Source: Raja brachyura
Lineage: Eukaryota
Direction of reading: 5' to 3'
DNA: 64,000 bases
Assembly (NCBI GenBank): GCA_963514005.1
Contig: OY740800.1
Location: 41,602,001 to 41,666,000, forward strand
Numbering within the stretch: position 1 is the first letter of the stretch; every line of letters starts with the position of its first letter. Under the pieces are notes generated by a model. That model did no database searches and was not told where the DNA came from. It saw only the letters and a program-made list of their open reading frames with translations. A program made the position numbers and the translations under genes. Shown in pieces: positions 14,386 to 25,587 of the stretch.

Positions 14386-15160
14386 CAGCGTTTCTCAACC
14401 TTCTTACCCTTGTGGAACCCTTGAAAGAATTTTCATGTCTCAGGGAACCCCTACATAAAATTATTATATATCTTTATGAATCTCTTTCTTTCTCTTTCAT
14501 AAACTTAAAGTTCATAAGGCAAACATAATATATTTTTCTGATAACTGGCTTAAGCAAAAAATAACATGTTTTTCTCAAGTTTATTGACAATGCTAAAAAA
14601 ACTGAAATCAAACTGCTTGTTCAAAACTGAAGCAAATAAAGAACTAACATTGGAGGAGAGAGATAGAGAGAGAAAGAGAGAGAACAAAAACATAGATAAA
14701 TAAACTTTTGGTAAACTAACCAAACTAAACATAAACATACTTACCTTTTAAAAATTCATATAACATCCCTAAATGATGGGTAAAAATTACTAAATAACGT
14801 GGGTGAATCAGGGCTGTACCTGCACGCCAGGAAGCACAGACAGGACTGATGGAGACCATGCATGCGTCTGTACTCGAGTGAGTCACTTGATGATATACAA
14901 ATCGGTCACGTACAGCTCCTGTCCACTGATCACTAAAGGCCGTTTCACACTGGCGCCGTATAGACGTCACTAAATATGATGTCACTAAATAGACGTCGCT
15001 AAATATGCTGTTCGTGTATAATAAAATTACGAATATGAAATTAAACACAAAAATGACTCAAAAATATATTTACATATGATTAGCTTATTTATCACTATTT
15101 CTCCTGTTTGACCTCTCGCGGAACCCTAGCATTCTGGGGAACCCTGGTTGAGAAACGCTA
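14386..15160. mobile_element. hAT (Charlie-like) non-autonomous DNA transposon
   Basis: TIR cagcgtttctcaacc / ggttgagaaacgcta; exact 8-bp TSD gcttagag at 14378-14385 and 15161-15168; subterminal ggaaccc repeats; inserted in an old CR1 relic. Confidence 0.9.
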
Positions 15161-15169
15161 GCTTAGAGA

Positions 15170-16310
15170 GTTCCAAAGACCTATTATGCTCCGAGAGAAG
15201 ACAGTCCTACTCATCCCCACCTGAATTAAATAATGGTTTAGCTCCAGATCCTCCCATGAAGGAGAACATCATCTCAGCATCAACTTGGAAAAACCCCTGA
15301 GGTTATAGCAAGAGCAGGAGCAAGCCAACTGATATCTCAAAATTATTCATGGCTGATTCAATCTTATCCAGAACACTCCCCATGAATCTTCACTTCCCTG
15401 AAGCTCAATTGACTGGTTAATCATGGTCTTGAATATATTCAATTACTGCCTCACAGCTCTTGAGAATAGAGAATTCTGCAGATTCATAACCCTTTGGAAG
15501 AATACATTCTTCATCATGTTCATCTTACATTGGTCCTGAAGTTCTAGATAACTCCAGTAGGCAAAACATCCTCACATCTCTCAGAATCTCAGAAACACAT
15601 TTCAATCAGCTCAGGGCTTGTTGCTCTAAACTCCAATAAACAGAGGGCCAACTTGCTCAGATTTTCCATTTATCAACTCCTCTATGCCAGAAATCAACTC
15701 AGCACACTCCTTTCAAAGTAAATATATTATTCTTTAAATATGGGGACTACAACTGTACCCAGTACATCAGGTATGCCTCACCAATACTCTGTAGAATTGC
15801 ATCAAAACTTCCCTACTTCTATAATTCATTTTCCTCGCAGTAATGTGACTTTCCAGTCCTTTGGCTTCTCTCCAGGATTCAAGGAATTTTGGTACAACCT
15901 GCACATTCTATCTGCAGCCACTTCCTTTATGACACAATGCCATGAGTTATACCTAGTGCAGTAACCTTTTATATTGAATGCTTTCTGGAAAACTAAAAAT
16001 ACTTATCCACTGGCTCTCCATTATTCCCCACACTTGGTACATTCTCAAAAAACTCTAGTAAATTTGTCAAACCCTATTTCCCTTTCATAAAACCACGCTG
16101 ACTCCACTTGACTGCATTATGATGTTCTCAACGTCTAGCATTTTCCCCAATGACAGATGTCAGGCTGACTGCCTATAGTTTCCTGCTTCCTGTCTCCCTC
16201 ACTTCTCAATTAGATGGTTACATTTACAGTTTTCCAGTCTGCTGGCACCTGTCCAAAATCAAGGGAATTTTGGAAGATCACAACCAATGCATTCACCATC
16301 TCGTCAGCCA
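15170..16310 (-). mobile_element. Old CR1 LINE fragments
   Basis: Degraded reverse-strand similarity to the young CR1 at 49007-51120 (e.g. acagatgtcaggctgactgcctatagtt, ggaattttggaagatcacaaccaatgcattcacc). Confidence 0.55.
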
Positions 16311-16667
16311 TTTTCAAAAAGGCTGCCCACATTAAACAGCAATCTAAACGACATGTAGAAATACCTCCAGAAATAAAAGATCAAGCCAAATCACCACACA
16401 ACAATAATTGCTGCATTCCATCATCGGGACAGGAATGTTAAATGCAACCTGACAGTGACCTTTTGCAGCAAATGCTACAATATGAATCCTATTTATGAGC
16501 AAAGTTGGACTGAACATTAATTTTCCACTAGTACTTGAAGATGGTAGCCAGCATGATGTAAAAAAGGCTCTCGATGTGGCCTCCTCTACATTGGTGACAC
16601 CTAGTGAAGGCAAAGTGACCACTTTCCCGAATACGTGAGCTGTCCACCGGGGCATCGTGGACCTTAC

Positions 16668-16755
16668 GGTTGCTGGATGATCAGCCATGATCACAGTGAA
16701 TGGTGGTGCTGGCTCAAAGGGCCGAATGGCCTGCTCCTGCACCTATTGTCTATTG
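16668..16755 (+). mobile_element. CR1 3' UTR tip
   Basis: ggatgatcagccatgatcac...aagggccgaatggcctgctcctgcacctattgtctattg, as in other CR1 tails. Confidence 0.75.
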
Positions 16756-16789
16756 ACATTTTGATTTCTCTTCCAATTCCCAAACCAGC

Positions 16790-17280
16790 CTATCTTTCCT
16801 TGGCTTCCTCCATTGGTAGTTTGAGGCCATTAACAGACTGGAAGAATAGCACGTCGTAGTCCACCTGAGAAGCCTTAAACCCAAAGGCAAGAATATTGAA
16901 TTCTCCAACTTTAAGTAATCCCCCCGGCCACCTCTTCCTTATCTACACTGTTCTTCCCCAATCTCCCACTCATCCTTATTTCCTGCTTTCCACTCCACTC
17001 CTCCATCCGTCACCCACTTCCATCTGCTCATCTCCCAGCCCTCCTTACTCCGGGTTCCTTATTTTTGTTCCTCCTCCTGGTGTTACATTACACTCCCCAT
17101 CTTCCATCTTTATCAGATTCTACCTGCACCCCGTTGCCTTCTCCACTTTTCGCCTCGAGCCTTGGTTACTATCTCACTCATTTCTCTCCCGCCCGACTCA
17201 TCTGCTAATCAACCACTCATCATCATCATCATCCACCTCACTCGTGCTCATTCTTGCCACACCTCTTACATTTTGTAACA
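16790..17280 (+). mobile_element. Penelope-like element: GIY-YIG C-terminus plus pyrimidine-rich 3' region
   Basis: Translates GFLHW*FEAINRLEE*HVVVHLRSLKPKGKNIEFSNFK*, matching the Penelope C-terminal pattern LEEQHLIFRLGSLQPxGxNIxF. Confidence 0.65.
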
Positions 17281-17299
17281 TCATGGTGAAAGAATGAAC

Positions 17300-17622
17300 A
17301 CTCGGCAAATTCTTTAAAATATGTATCAGAAACAGCTTATTCCCCTCTATTCTAAGGCTTTTGAACAGTTCTTCCATAAGCGAGGAAACTGTCCGATTCA
17401 CCTCCACCTCATTGTGGAGAGTGGATTTTGTCTATGGAATGCTCCAATGGGTGCTACAATGCTGAGAACTATATTCTGCACTCTGTGTCTTCCCCTTTTC
17501 TCTAATGTATTTTAATTTGACTTGATTGTATTTGTGTATGGTATATATGCATGCTGTTTGGATGCAATAGCATGCAAAACAAGGATTTCGACTATACCTA
17601 TACATGTGGCAATAATAAACCT
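17300..17622 (+). mobile_element. Rex/Babar-type LINE 3' end
   Basis: aacagcttattcccctctattctaaggcttttgaac (NSxFPxxIRLLN-like); tail ...tgtggcaataataaac. Confidence 0.55.
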
Positions 17623-19174
17623 ATAATTAAAATGTAAATAAAGCATTTGAATCATTAAAAAGCTTAATGCAATCTGAAAATAATTTATACAATGTAACTT
17701 GCATTATACTTATCTCCCTTTCATGTAGCCATAAAATCTTCTTTGCAATGAATGGGCTACAGATGAATATAGAATAGGCCTACAGTAGCTTTAATCAAAT
17801 GCAGTTTCTAAACAGATTTCCCAGTGTTAGTAATGGAGTAACTGACAGATTTGCTGGCTTGAATCTGTTAACAAGTTTGGAAATTCCTCATTCAGAAAGG
17901 CACATGCCAAACTCCTGAACCTGCTGGCATTTTCATGAGTGAAAATGCAATTGCTGAGAACAAAACAAATCCATGATGGATATATACAGTTAATTGGCCA
18001 AAAATCCAAATATCCTTGCAGTAAAACAATTATAAATGGTAATTGGTCACATTATTATATTGTTTGAAAACTCCCTACCGTGCATGCTTATATTGGAAGA
18101 ATGACTAAATATCAAAAGTTAAAATATTAAAAGTATTGGATTTACAGTATGAGTTCCTATATAAATGCAATTCTTTATTCTCTCCTTCCACGGTTGTGTT
18201 TGAATAGCATTTGCCAAGTAACCACTTTATGGGAGCACGTCGTCATACAAACACGACAATCCCTGGATCCTGCAGTACAACAGACCTTCCAAAAATAAAT
18301 TTGCATCAAACTCTCAAGTTGATGCTTGGTACTTCCGAACGCATTCATAAAAGGACTGCGGAACATTTTTGGCATTTATCAACCAGCAAATGAATAAACC
18401 AAGAAAATGGACGTTGTTAGACTACAAATACAGTTACACGTTATAATAAATTCACTAAGTTGTTGAAAAATGCAAAGAGTACAGTTGTTCATTAATGCGA
18501 GGAGCAAAATGCCCAGTCTCGAACAAGCCAGCAGTATTTAATGGATATTAACTAAAAGAAGCATCTGAGGGCATCGAGGAGATCGAAAATAGGCTCTGGC
18601 AACACATGACAGAATGTAGCGTGGTGAGTCAAAACAAAGGAACCATTTTTCAAAAAGAAGGGATAAGTAAGAAACAGAAACCTGCACTGATTTTTGCCTG
18701 CAGCTGGAAGAATCATCAGACTACGAATCAGGTCAGGAGTCCCTTCTTCCTTGTTTGAAAGAAATTAAGTGTCAAACATTCAAACCATTTTTACATTAAA
18801 AAAAATTGCAACTTAATAATACTGAAAAATGAGAAACTCTGAATTTTGCTCAGATAGCCAAATTGCAGAAGAATATGGGCAAAAATGAATGTCTTAAACT
18901 TGTTGCTTAACAGAATGGAGGTAAATAGCTCGAAGACATGGAGAGAAGAAAGATGTGCCATGTCTGCAGGAAGCTAGGACACACACGCATACCACACCTA
19001 CTAAGATGTCCACCTCTTGGTGAACAGTGCTGCCTGGAAGATCTAACGGTGGCAAACGAGAAGGCTGTCCACTGTACAAGAGCCTGGCCGAACATTTGAA
19101 ACATAGATGATGGACACGAAAGAATAACTTTTTTTTGAAGTTTTTAAAAAATTACTAAGGCGGTTGTGGCAATC

Positions 19175-20372
19175 CCAAAGCACAGGAATGCAAGTGGCTG
19201 CAGAGAGAGATGGACTCAGCCCTGTCCATCATTAATTTTTAAAATTTTATTATACAAATACTTTTATTCAAAAATAAATAAATAAATATACAGATTACCA
19301 TAATCAAAGACTGCCTATGTTAACAGTTTTACAAAAAAACGATCATCAAATTAATATAACGCCAACTTTATCAACAAAACACTCAACCTCCCGTGGCGAT
19401 CAGCGTTCACGGAAGGCCTCCAAAGTCCCCATGGACACTGCATGTTCCCTCTCCAAAGACACGCGGGCACGGATGTTGGCCCGGAAAAGGGGCAGGCGGT
19501 CAACCCCGGTGCGGACGTCGACTACCCGCTGCCTGGACCCGCGAATGGCCATCTTGGCCGGGCCTAGGAGCAGATGGACAGGGAGATCCCCCCTCTCCTC
19601 CCTCCCGACCTACTCCCCTCTGTACCAGGTGCCCAAATATCTGGATTGTGGAGCTGACATGTAGCCAAAACTTGAGGAGCAGCCCCTTCAGATAGTTGAA
19701 CAGGGGCTGCAACCTCTCACACTCCATGTACAAATGGAACACGGTCTCTATCTTGCCGCAAAAATGACAGGCAGTTGGCAAGTCCGTGAACTGGCTCAAG
19801 TACCTGTTATAGGCCACAGCCATGTGCAACACTCTCCATCCCAGGTCCCCGATGTAAAGGGGGAGGGCTCCCTTATAGAGAGACAAGTCTATCATTGGCA
19901 CAGCCCTTCCCTTCCTTGAAAACAGCTACATGAGAAAGTGGCATCTGTCATCAAGGATCCCCACCATCCACGTCATGCCGTTTTCTTGGTGCTACCGTCA
20001 GGCAGTAAATACAGAAGCCTGAAGTTGCATACCATCAGGTTCAGGAACAACATCTTTCCTAAAACTATCAGGTTCTTGAAACAATCCACACAATCCTAAT
20101 CCTACCTCTGCAAGAAACCACTGCAGATGACCTCTTGCATTATCATGGACTAATTTTTCTAATCGTGTTTTCTAATCTTGTTTTTCTGATAATCCCGTTT
20201 TTTTGCACTTTCAAAATTGTGTACTGTGTTGCAGAATTTTCTATGTGTAATGTACTGTATAAATTATGTATAATTTAAGCTTTTATGTGTTTGTTTGAAT
20301 CTATGTGATGCTGTACTTTTTATTGTACTTGTACCTCACTCTCCTGGTGCATGTGACAATAAAACTCAACTG
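19175..20372 (+). mobile_element. Rex/Babar-type LINE 3' portion, interrupted by Tx1
   Basis: atcaaggatccccaccatcc...ctaccgtcaggcagtaaatacagaagcctgaag...ttcaggaacaac (IKDPHHP...LPSGxxYRSLK...FRN); tail gtgacaataaa. Confidence 0.7.
19234..19886 (-). mobile_element. Tx1-type L1-clade retrotransposon, 5'-truncated ORF2 C-terminus (zf-RVT)
   Basis: ORF 19500-19901: SLYKGALPLYIGDLGWRVLH...CHFCGKIETVFHLYMECERL (CxxC..H..C); continues after a frameshift as LGLAKMAIRGSR; A-rich tail with aataaa; direct repeat gtccatcatt (19224-19233) / gtctatcatt (19887-19896). Confidence 0.85.
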
Positions 20373-20809
20373 GACTTATCAGTCGCTATCCTGCCAATGT
20401 CAGATACTGGTTAATGCATCTGTTACTCAGCTGCCAACACACTGATCAAGATTTATTTTTAACTTCGCACCTTCATGTAGTTTGTGTATGGAGTGCACTC
20501 ACCTCCTCACCTGGCATGAGTGTCAGCCACATAAGAATAATGCATATCACACAAGTACCTTCAAGGCCCTCACTAATAAAGCTCAATCTGGCTTGCAGAA
20601 CAAGGGGCATACAACTAGAAAAGGCAGCAGGGGCAGCCAACCAGCGGAGCAGATGTATCTCGACCCATGGTGGAAAAAATGCTCATTAACACCAGAGAGC
20701 CCACTACTAAATCTCATTAAATGCCAGCAACAGCAATTATACTGTAGAAGACAACACTATCTTCATATCGAGTCCTCTGTTTCATATTCTCCTTTATCCC
20801 ATAACACAT

Positions 20810-21103
20810 CACGAGGACATGACTTTAGAATTAAGGGACAGAGGTTTAGGGGTAACATGAGGGGGAACTTCTTTACTCAGAGAGTGGTAGCGGTGTGGAA
20901 TGAGCTTCCAGTGGAAGTGGTGGCGGCAGGTTCGTTGGTATCATTTAAAAATAAATTGGATAGGCATATGGATGAGAAGGGTATGGAGGGTTATGGTATG
21001 AGTGCAGGCAGATGGGACTAAGGGAATAAAGTTGTTCGGCACGGACTTGAAGGGCCGAGATGGCCTGTTTCCGTGCTGTAATTGTTATATGGTTATATGG
21101 TTA
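20810..21103 (+). mobile_element. CR1 LINE 3' end, different subfamily with (TTATATGG)n tail
   Basis: End of ORF 20482-21021: SRGHDFRIKGQRFRGNMRGNFFTQRVVAVWNELP...GRWD; tail ttatatggttatatggtta. Confidence 0.85.
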
Positions 21104-21490
21104 GTTCTTCAGGGAAGGAAATTAGTCATTCTGGCACAACCTTGGACATTTGATCTGCATGGACATGTTGGGCCAGAGGATCTGTTTCCATGCTGCATGG
21201 CGGTATGACTCAATGACTCTCTTTGCGACTCCAGACTAACATTCCAGCACATTACAGTGAGCCCTCGTTATAATGGACCACGGATAGAGGGGGGGGGGGG
21301 GGGGTGTTGTCCGTTATTGCTGATAGTCCGTTATAATCAAGTAAGGTATTATCATCGAATGTAGTTGAAACCAAGAACTGCAGATGATGGTTAATGCACA
21401 AAAGGACACAAAGTACTGGAGTAACTCAGCGGGTCAGGCAGCACCACTGGAGAACAGTCTGCTGAGTCACTCCAGCACTTTGTGTGATTT

Positions 21491-21740
21491 CACCTTAAAA
21501 CTAGGCACCAATGCTGCTGGTCTGCACCAACAAGTCCGTCTTCACCCACTGCGCGATCCAGTTCACATGGAGGTTGTTGCAGCTCACGTTGTAGCCCCTG
21601 GCCAGCAGCGCTTTCTTCAGGCCGCTGCCAAAGACAGGACATGCTCAGTCAGCCTGGGGCTCCCTCCCCTCTCATCAGCTGCCATTTCTTCCTGTAGGCC
21701 GTCGCTTTGTCTGCTCCCCACTCTACCTCCGCCTCCTCCT
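21491..21740 (-). pseudogene. Linker histone H1-like pseudogene fragment, left arm
   Basis: 21620->21501 translates LKKALLARGYNVSCNNLHVNWIAQWVKTDLLVQTSSIGA*, preceded across a 2-nt shift by PRLTEHVLSLAA and followed by FKV. Compare the H1 globular domain [24 protein letters not shown]...LVSKGTLVQTKGTGASGSFKL. Confidence 0.75.
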
Positions 21741-21857
21741 CCTTCTCCCCTGCAGACGCCGACATCTTCCAAGGTGGAGTATGTTGGTTACTCTGGGGGA
21801 GAAGGAGGAGGAGGTGGAGGTGGGGGTGGGGGAAGAGTACGAGTGGACAGAACTATA

Positions 21858-22085
21858 GGAGGAGGAGAAGCAGGTAATGGTGTAAAAGAGAGCAGACAAA
21901 GCAACAGCCAACAGAAAGATGCAGCAGCTGGTGAAAGGGCAGGGATCCCCATAGTGACCTAGCATGTCTTATCATTGGTGGCATCCTGAAGAAATAGCTG
22001 TCCCCTGGGGCTACAACGTGAGCCGCAACAACGGCCGCGTCAACTGTACCGTGCGGTTGGGGAAGAAGGGGGTAATGTTGGAAGC
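21858..22085 (+). pseudogene. Linker histone H1-like pseudogene fragment, right arm
   Basis: PIVT*HVLSLVA / LKK*LS / GYNVSRNNGRVNCTVRLGKKG (from 22009); reverse-complement homologous to the left arm. Confidence 0.7.
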
Positions 22086-22739
22086 CGGGGCTGTAAGCGT
22101 CCAGGAAGCTGGTGCGCACCAAAATCTGTTATAAAGGGTCCATTAAAACTATGGTTTACTGTATTTTGTTTCCTCCTAGCTATTCTCTGAAAAAGTTACT
22201 CAGTTGAAGGGCAATTAGAAATTGCTGATAAATGACGGGTTTGCGAGTGATGGCAACATCTAGTGAATACATAAAATGTGACTTTTAGCAAGGGTGGAAA
22301 TAAAAGTTATTGTGGTCGCTAACTTGCACATATTAACTGACAAGATGCTACTAAAGACTCTGATGGGAACAACAGAAAACTGATGAATTTGCAATGATAA
22401 AATGCTATTGAATTGCCACGGCTGCCTGAAAGTCTGCGTGCAATGCCAAGTAAAACGGAGAAATCCTCACTAAACTTTACACTGGGTTTTGAGCAGAAGC
22501 TGGAGTCCATTCTTCCTGGAATGAAGGTAATCCAGAAACTACATGGGCACAGTTGCAGACGTAAACGTTACACACCATTTGAGCACTGGAGTTTCAATTT
22601 CCATTGCAACACACCTCTGGATACTACAGGTTAACTTTGGATCTCTGCTATCATTACAATGGACATATATTAAAAATGTTATGCTTTTGCTTGCTTGGGA
22701 AAAGAGGTATTTGACAATCATGAACTCAAACCAAGCATG

Positions 22740-22975
22740 GGAATCTGCGGCAGGAAAAGTGAAAAACATCCGCTCCGAGGCCAAGATCATCAGCACTGAG
22801 GCTCTAATTGTACTGAATCAGCACTGAAGGGGAGGCCTCATTTTTTGCATGGCCAACACCAGACTCCAAAAACATTCAATTTCAGGCTTCACGCAGCAAG
22901 ATAATATCAGGTGGATAATGATGAGCATAATTCATAAACATATGCAAGAGCCCTCTTGAGAAAACAATGTGAGTG
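22740..22975 (+). mobile_element. RTE-type LINE fragment
   Basis: SEAKIISTEALIVLNQH*RGGLIFCMANTRLQK resembles RTE ANIxSIEAxxxxxQLRWAGHVxRMxxxRLPK. Confidence 0.6.
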
Positions 22976-22999
22976 TAGCTCGAAGAAAATGCAAGGGAA

Positions 23000-23960
23000 T
23001 TAACAATTGATAACAAGAAGATAGCAGATAAATTAAACAGTTACTTTGCATCATTGTTCACTGTAGAGGACACAAGTAATATACCAGCAATAGCTATATG
23101 TCAGAAATTGGAAGAGTGGAAAAGCATCACCAGAGCAGATAATGAACAAAGCAATGCCAAAAGAATATACAAAAGAGTAAGTCAATGTGCTCCTTGAACT
23201 TGTTCTGCCATTAGATCATTGCTGGACGAACTCTGGCTTCAACGTTAATTTCCTGTTCGCATAACCATCGACACCTTTGTAGTTTACTTAACTCTCAACT
23301 ACCATCTAGAATAAATTCAATGAGTCTGTCTCTGCAACTCTGTGGTAGAGAACTTTGAAAAATCATAGGTAGACACAAAATGCTGGACAAACTCAGCGGG
23401 TTAGACAGAGTCTCTGGAGAGAATGAATGAGTGACATTTCGGGTCGAGACCCTTCTTCAGACTTTTGAAAAATCATGACCTTCTGAGAAAAGAAATCCTT
23501 CTTCATTTCTGTCTTAATTGGGCAATACCTTAAATTATTCTGAAATTATCTTCTCAGAGTCAATCCCTCTCAGAAGTTCATAAAATCACTTCACTTACTG
23601 TACTTTTAAATTCCATCGAGTATAGACCCTACCTGCTCTTTGTTCAACCCTTAAACTCCAGGAATCAAATTATTGATTTTTTTTCTGCACTGCCACCAAT
23701 CTTAGTTAAATTAAAGAGACCAAAACTGAACAGTGTACTCCAAGTACAGTCTCCCTACTGCGCTGTAAGGTTGCATTAACATTTCCCATCTTTTATGCCT
23801 TGCAATAAATGTCAATGTTCCATTAGCCTTCCTATTTGCTTATTTGTATTCAAGTTTTTGTGTAATTTGCATAATAATTTGCTTTTCATTTATCCTTCCG
23901 CATAGCATTCTTTAATGTTTCTGACCTTATTCCACCTACCAACTTCTTGTCCACATACTA
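23000..23960. mobile_element. Old CR1 fragments (plus ~23000-23130; minus ~23180-23960)
   Basis: gcagataaattaaacagttactttgcatcattgttcactgtagaggacaca (ADxLNxYFxSxFTxED); reverse gagaccaaaactgaacagtgtactccaag. Confidence 0.6.
23367..23463 (-). mobile_element. Short Penelope-derived insert with hammerhead-like core
   Basis: Minus strand agtCTGAAGAagggtctcgacccGAAAtgTCact; 13-bp TSD tttgaaaaatcat at 23354-23366 and 23464-23476. Confidence 0.8.
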
Positions 23961-24399
23961 AAACTACCTAGCTCAGTTTGCATGTTTTGTGTTCACCTTA
24001 CAACCTACAACTTACCAAGTTGGCAAATGTCTCCGGGCTAAAAGGTGCCATGAATGTGCCCAAAGGAACATATTCCCTGTGGACAATGACATGGTGTATA
24101 TTTTTATCAAAAAGAAAACAAATGGAAACATTATTTTCCAAAGTGTATCAAATCATACTCATCAAAAGATCCCAGATTCAAATTTGAAGGTTCACTTAGT
24201 TAACTGATCTAAACTAAAGAACTAGCTAAAATTCTGCGACTATACTCTGCACCTCCACAGAGGGAAAGTCAAAATATTAATCCTAAAAATAACACATGCT
24301 AAAAATAACACAAATAAAAGGATAGAATAATGCAGAACCAAACCCCAAAAGGATGTCCTTTGTACTCTCACTGTGAGTAGAGAGTTAGATACAGCTTTA

Positions 24400-24568
24400 G
24401 AGGGAGAGAGTTAGATATAGCTCTTTGGGCTAACGGAATCAAGGGATATGGGGAGAAAGCAGTAATGGGGTACTGATTTTGGATGATCAGCCATGATCAC
24501 ATTGAATAGCAGTGCTGGCTTGAAGGACCGAATGACCTACTCCTGCACCTATTTTCTATGCTTCTATG
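24400..24568 (+). mobile_element. CR1 3' end
   Basis: gagttagatatagctc...ggaatcaagggatatggggagaaagc...ttctatg tail; the tail resumes at 25588. Confidence 0.85.
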
Positions 24569-24569
24569 T

Positions 24570-25587
24570 AGGTATGTTACAATACCTACCTTTAGCAACG
24601 CTGCAGTTCTGCCGCTCCCCGTGTGCGCGACTTTGGAGGGGGGACGGGTTTAAAATGCCGATTTTTTCTAGGCAGTCCAAGTCGATCCATGTCGGGCGAT
24701 TTTGTCGCTAAAGAGAAATCGCTCCGACATTTCATTCATTATTTTTAAACTACGCTAGATTATTTATTAACTAGAGTAGTTTAAAAATCATCTTCTAAAG
24801 CTCTGAATGGTGACAGCGGAACAGACCTAAGGTAGGCGATAAAAGAAGCTACAGAGTTTATTTTTACATAAAAACTTGGTTTTTAGGAAGGCTTTAATCA
24901 CATTTTCATGTTGCAAAAAGGGGACAAAAAAAATGTATGAACCGGTTGCATTTTTCATACCGACTTCACCACAAACCGCAACATTCTAATCCACCGCATT
25001 CCACTAAAACCCACTCGCTAGTTGATTTAAATGGCCATTAATTTACAGGCATTAAACACTAAATTCCTTCCATTTGGCCTATAAATTCATGAAAATGAGA
25101 TTTAAAAATTATGTTATACTGTGGATTATTGTGTGAATGTTATTTGGACACTTAGGCAATTTAAAAAAGTTTATATTTTCTTAAGAAATGGATAGATGTT
25201 TAGATCTACTCATTGAATTTTGTAATTAGCTACAACTAGATAACTAACTAATTATATGCTTTGATTTCAGGTCATCCAAATAAGATTGTTTCATATTTGT
25301 TTCAATATGCTTCAATCTATAATAACTGAAAATTTCATTGCGTTCTCTTAATTTTTAAGAAAGTTATGGGCTTTTGACTGTTCTAGATCACAGCTTTTGA
25401 GTTAAGTCAATTGAAAGGCAATGGGGAACAAGATGCTAATTTCCGAGTATGAAAATGGTCATAACTTTCTTAATACTGAAGATATGAAAGTGAATTAGGT
25501 GTCAAATTAAACTTCTTTTTATGCTTTATCTGATGGGATAAATTGCAGACTTGATTTTTAAAATCTCAAAATTTTATAACATTGCTA
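24570..25587. mobile_element. Unclassified ~1 kb insertion, probably a non-autonomous DNA element
   Basis: Splits the (TTCTATGT)n CR1 tail; weak terminal inverted match taggtatgttacaa / ttataacattgcta; internal inverted repeat ttaagaaagttatg...cataactttcttaa. Confidence 0.6.

Larger units (their letters stand above)
21255..22161. mobile_element. Tc1/mariner (Tigger/pogo-like) non-autonomous element with internal cargo
   Basis: TA|cagtgagccctcgttataatggacc at left and ggtccattaaaactatggtttactg|TA at right (CAGT termini, TA at 21253-21254 and 22162-22163); subterminal ccgttat repeats. Confidence 0.75.

Noticed and set aside
21384-21962. 192-aa Pro/Gly-rich ORF as a real gene
   Set aside because: It starts in a Penelope-derived insert and runs through the GC-rich palindrome, largely antisense to the left H1 arm; a compositional by-product.
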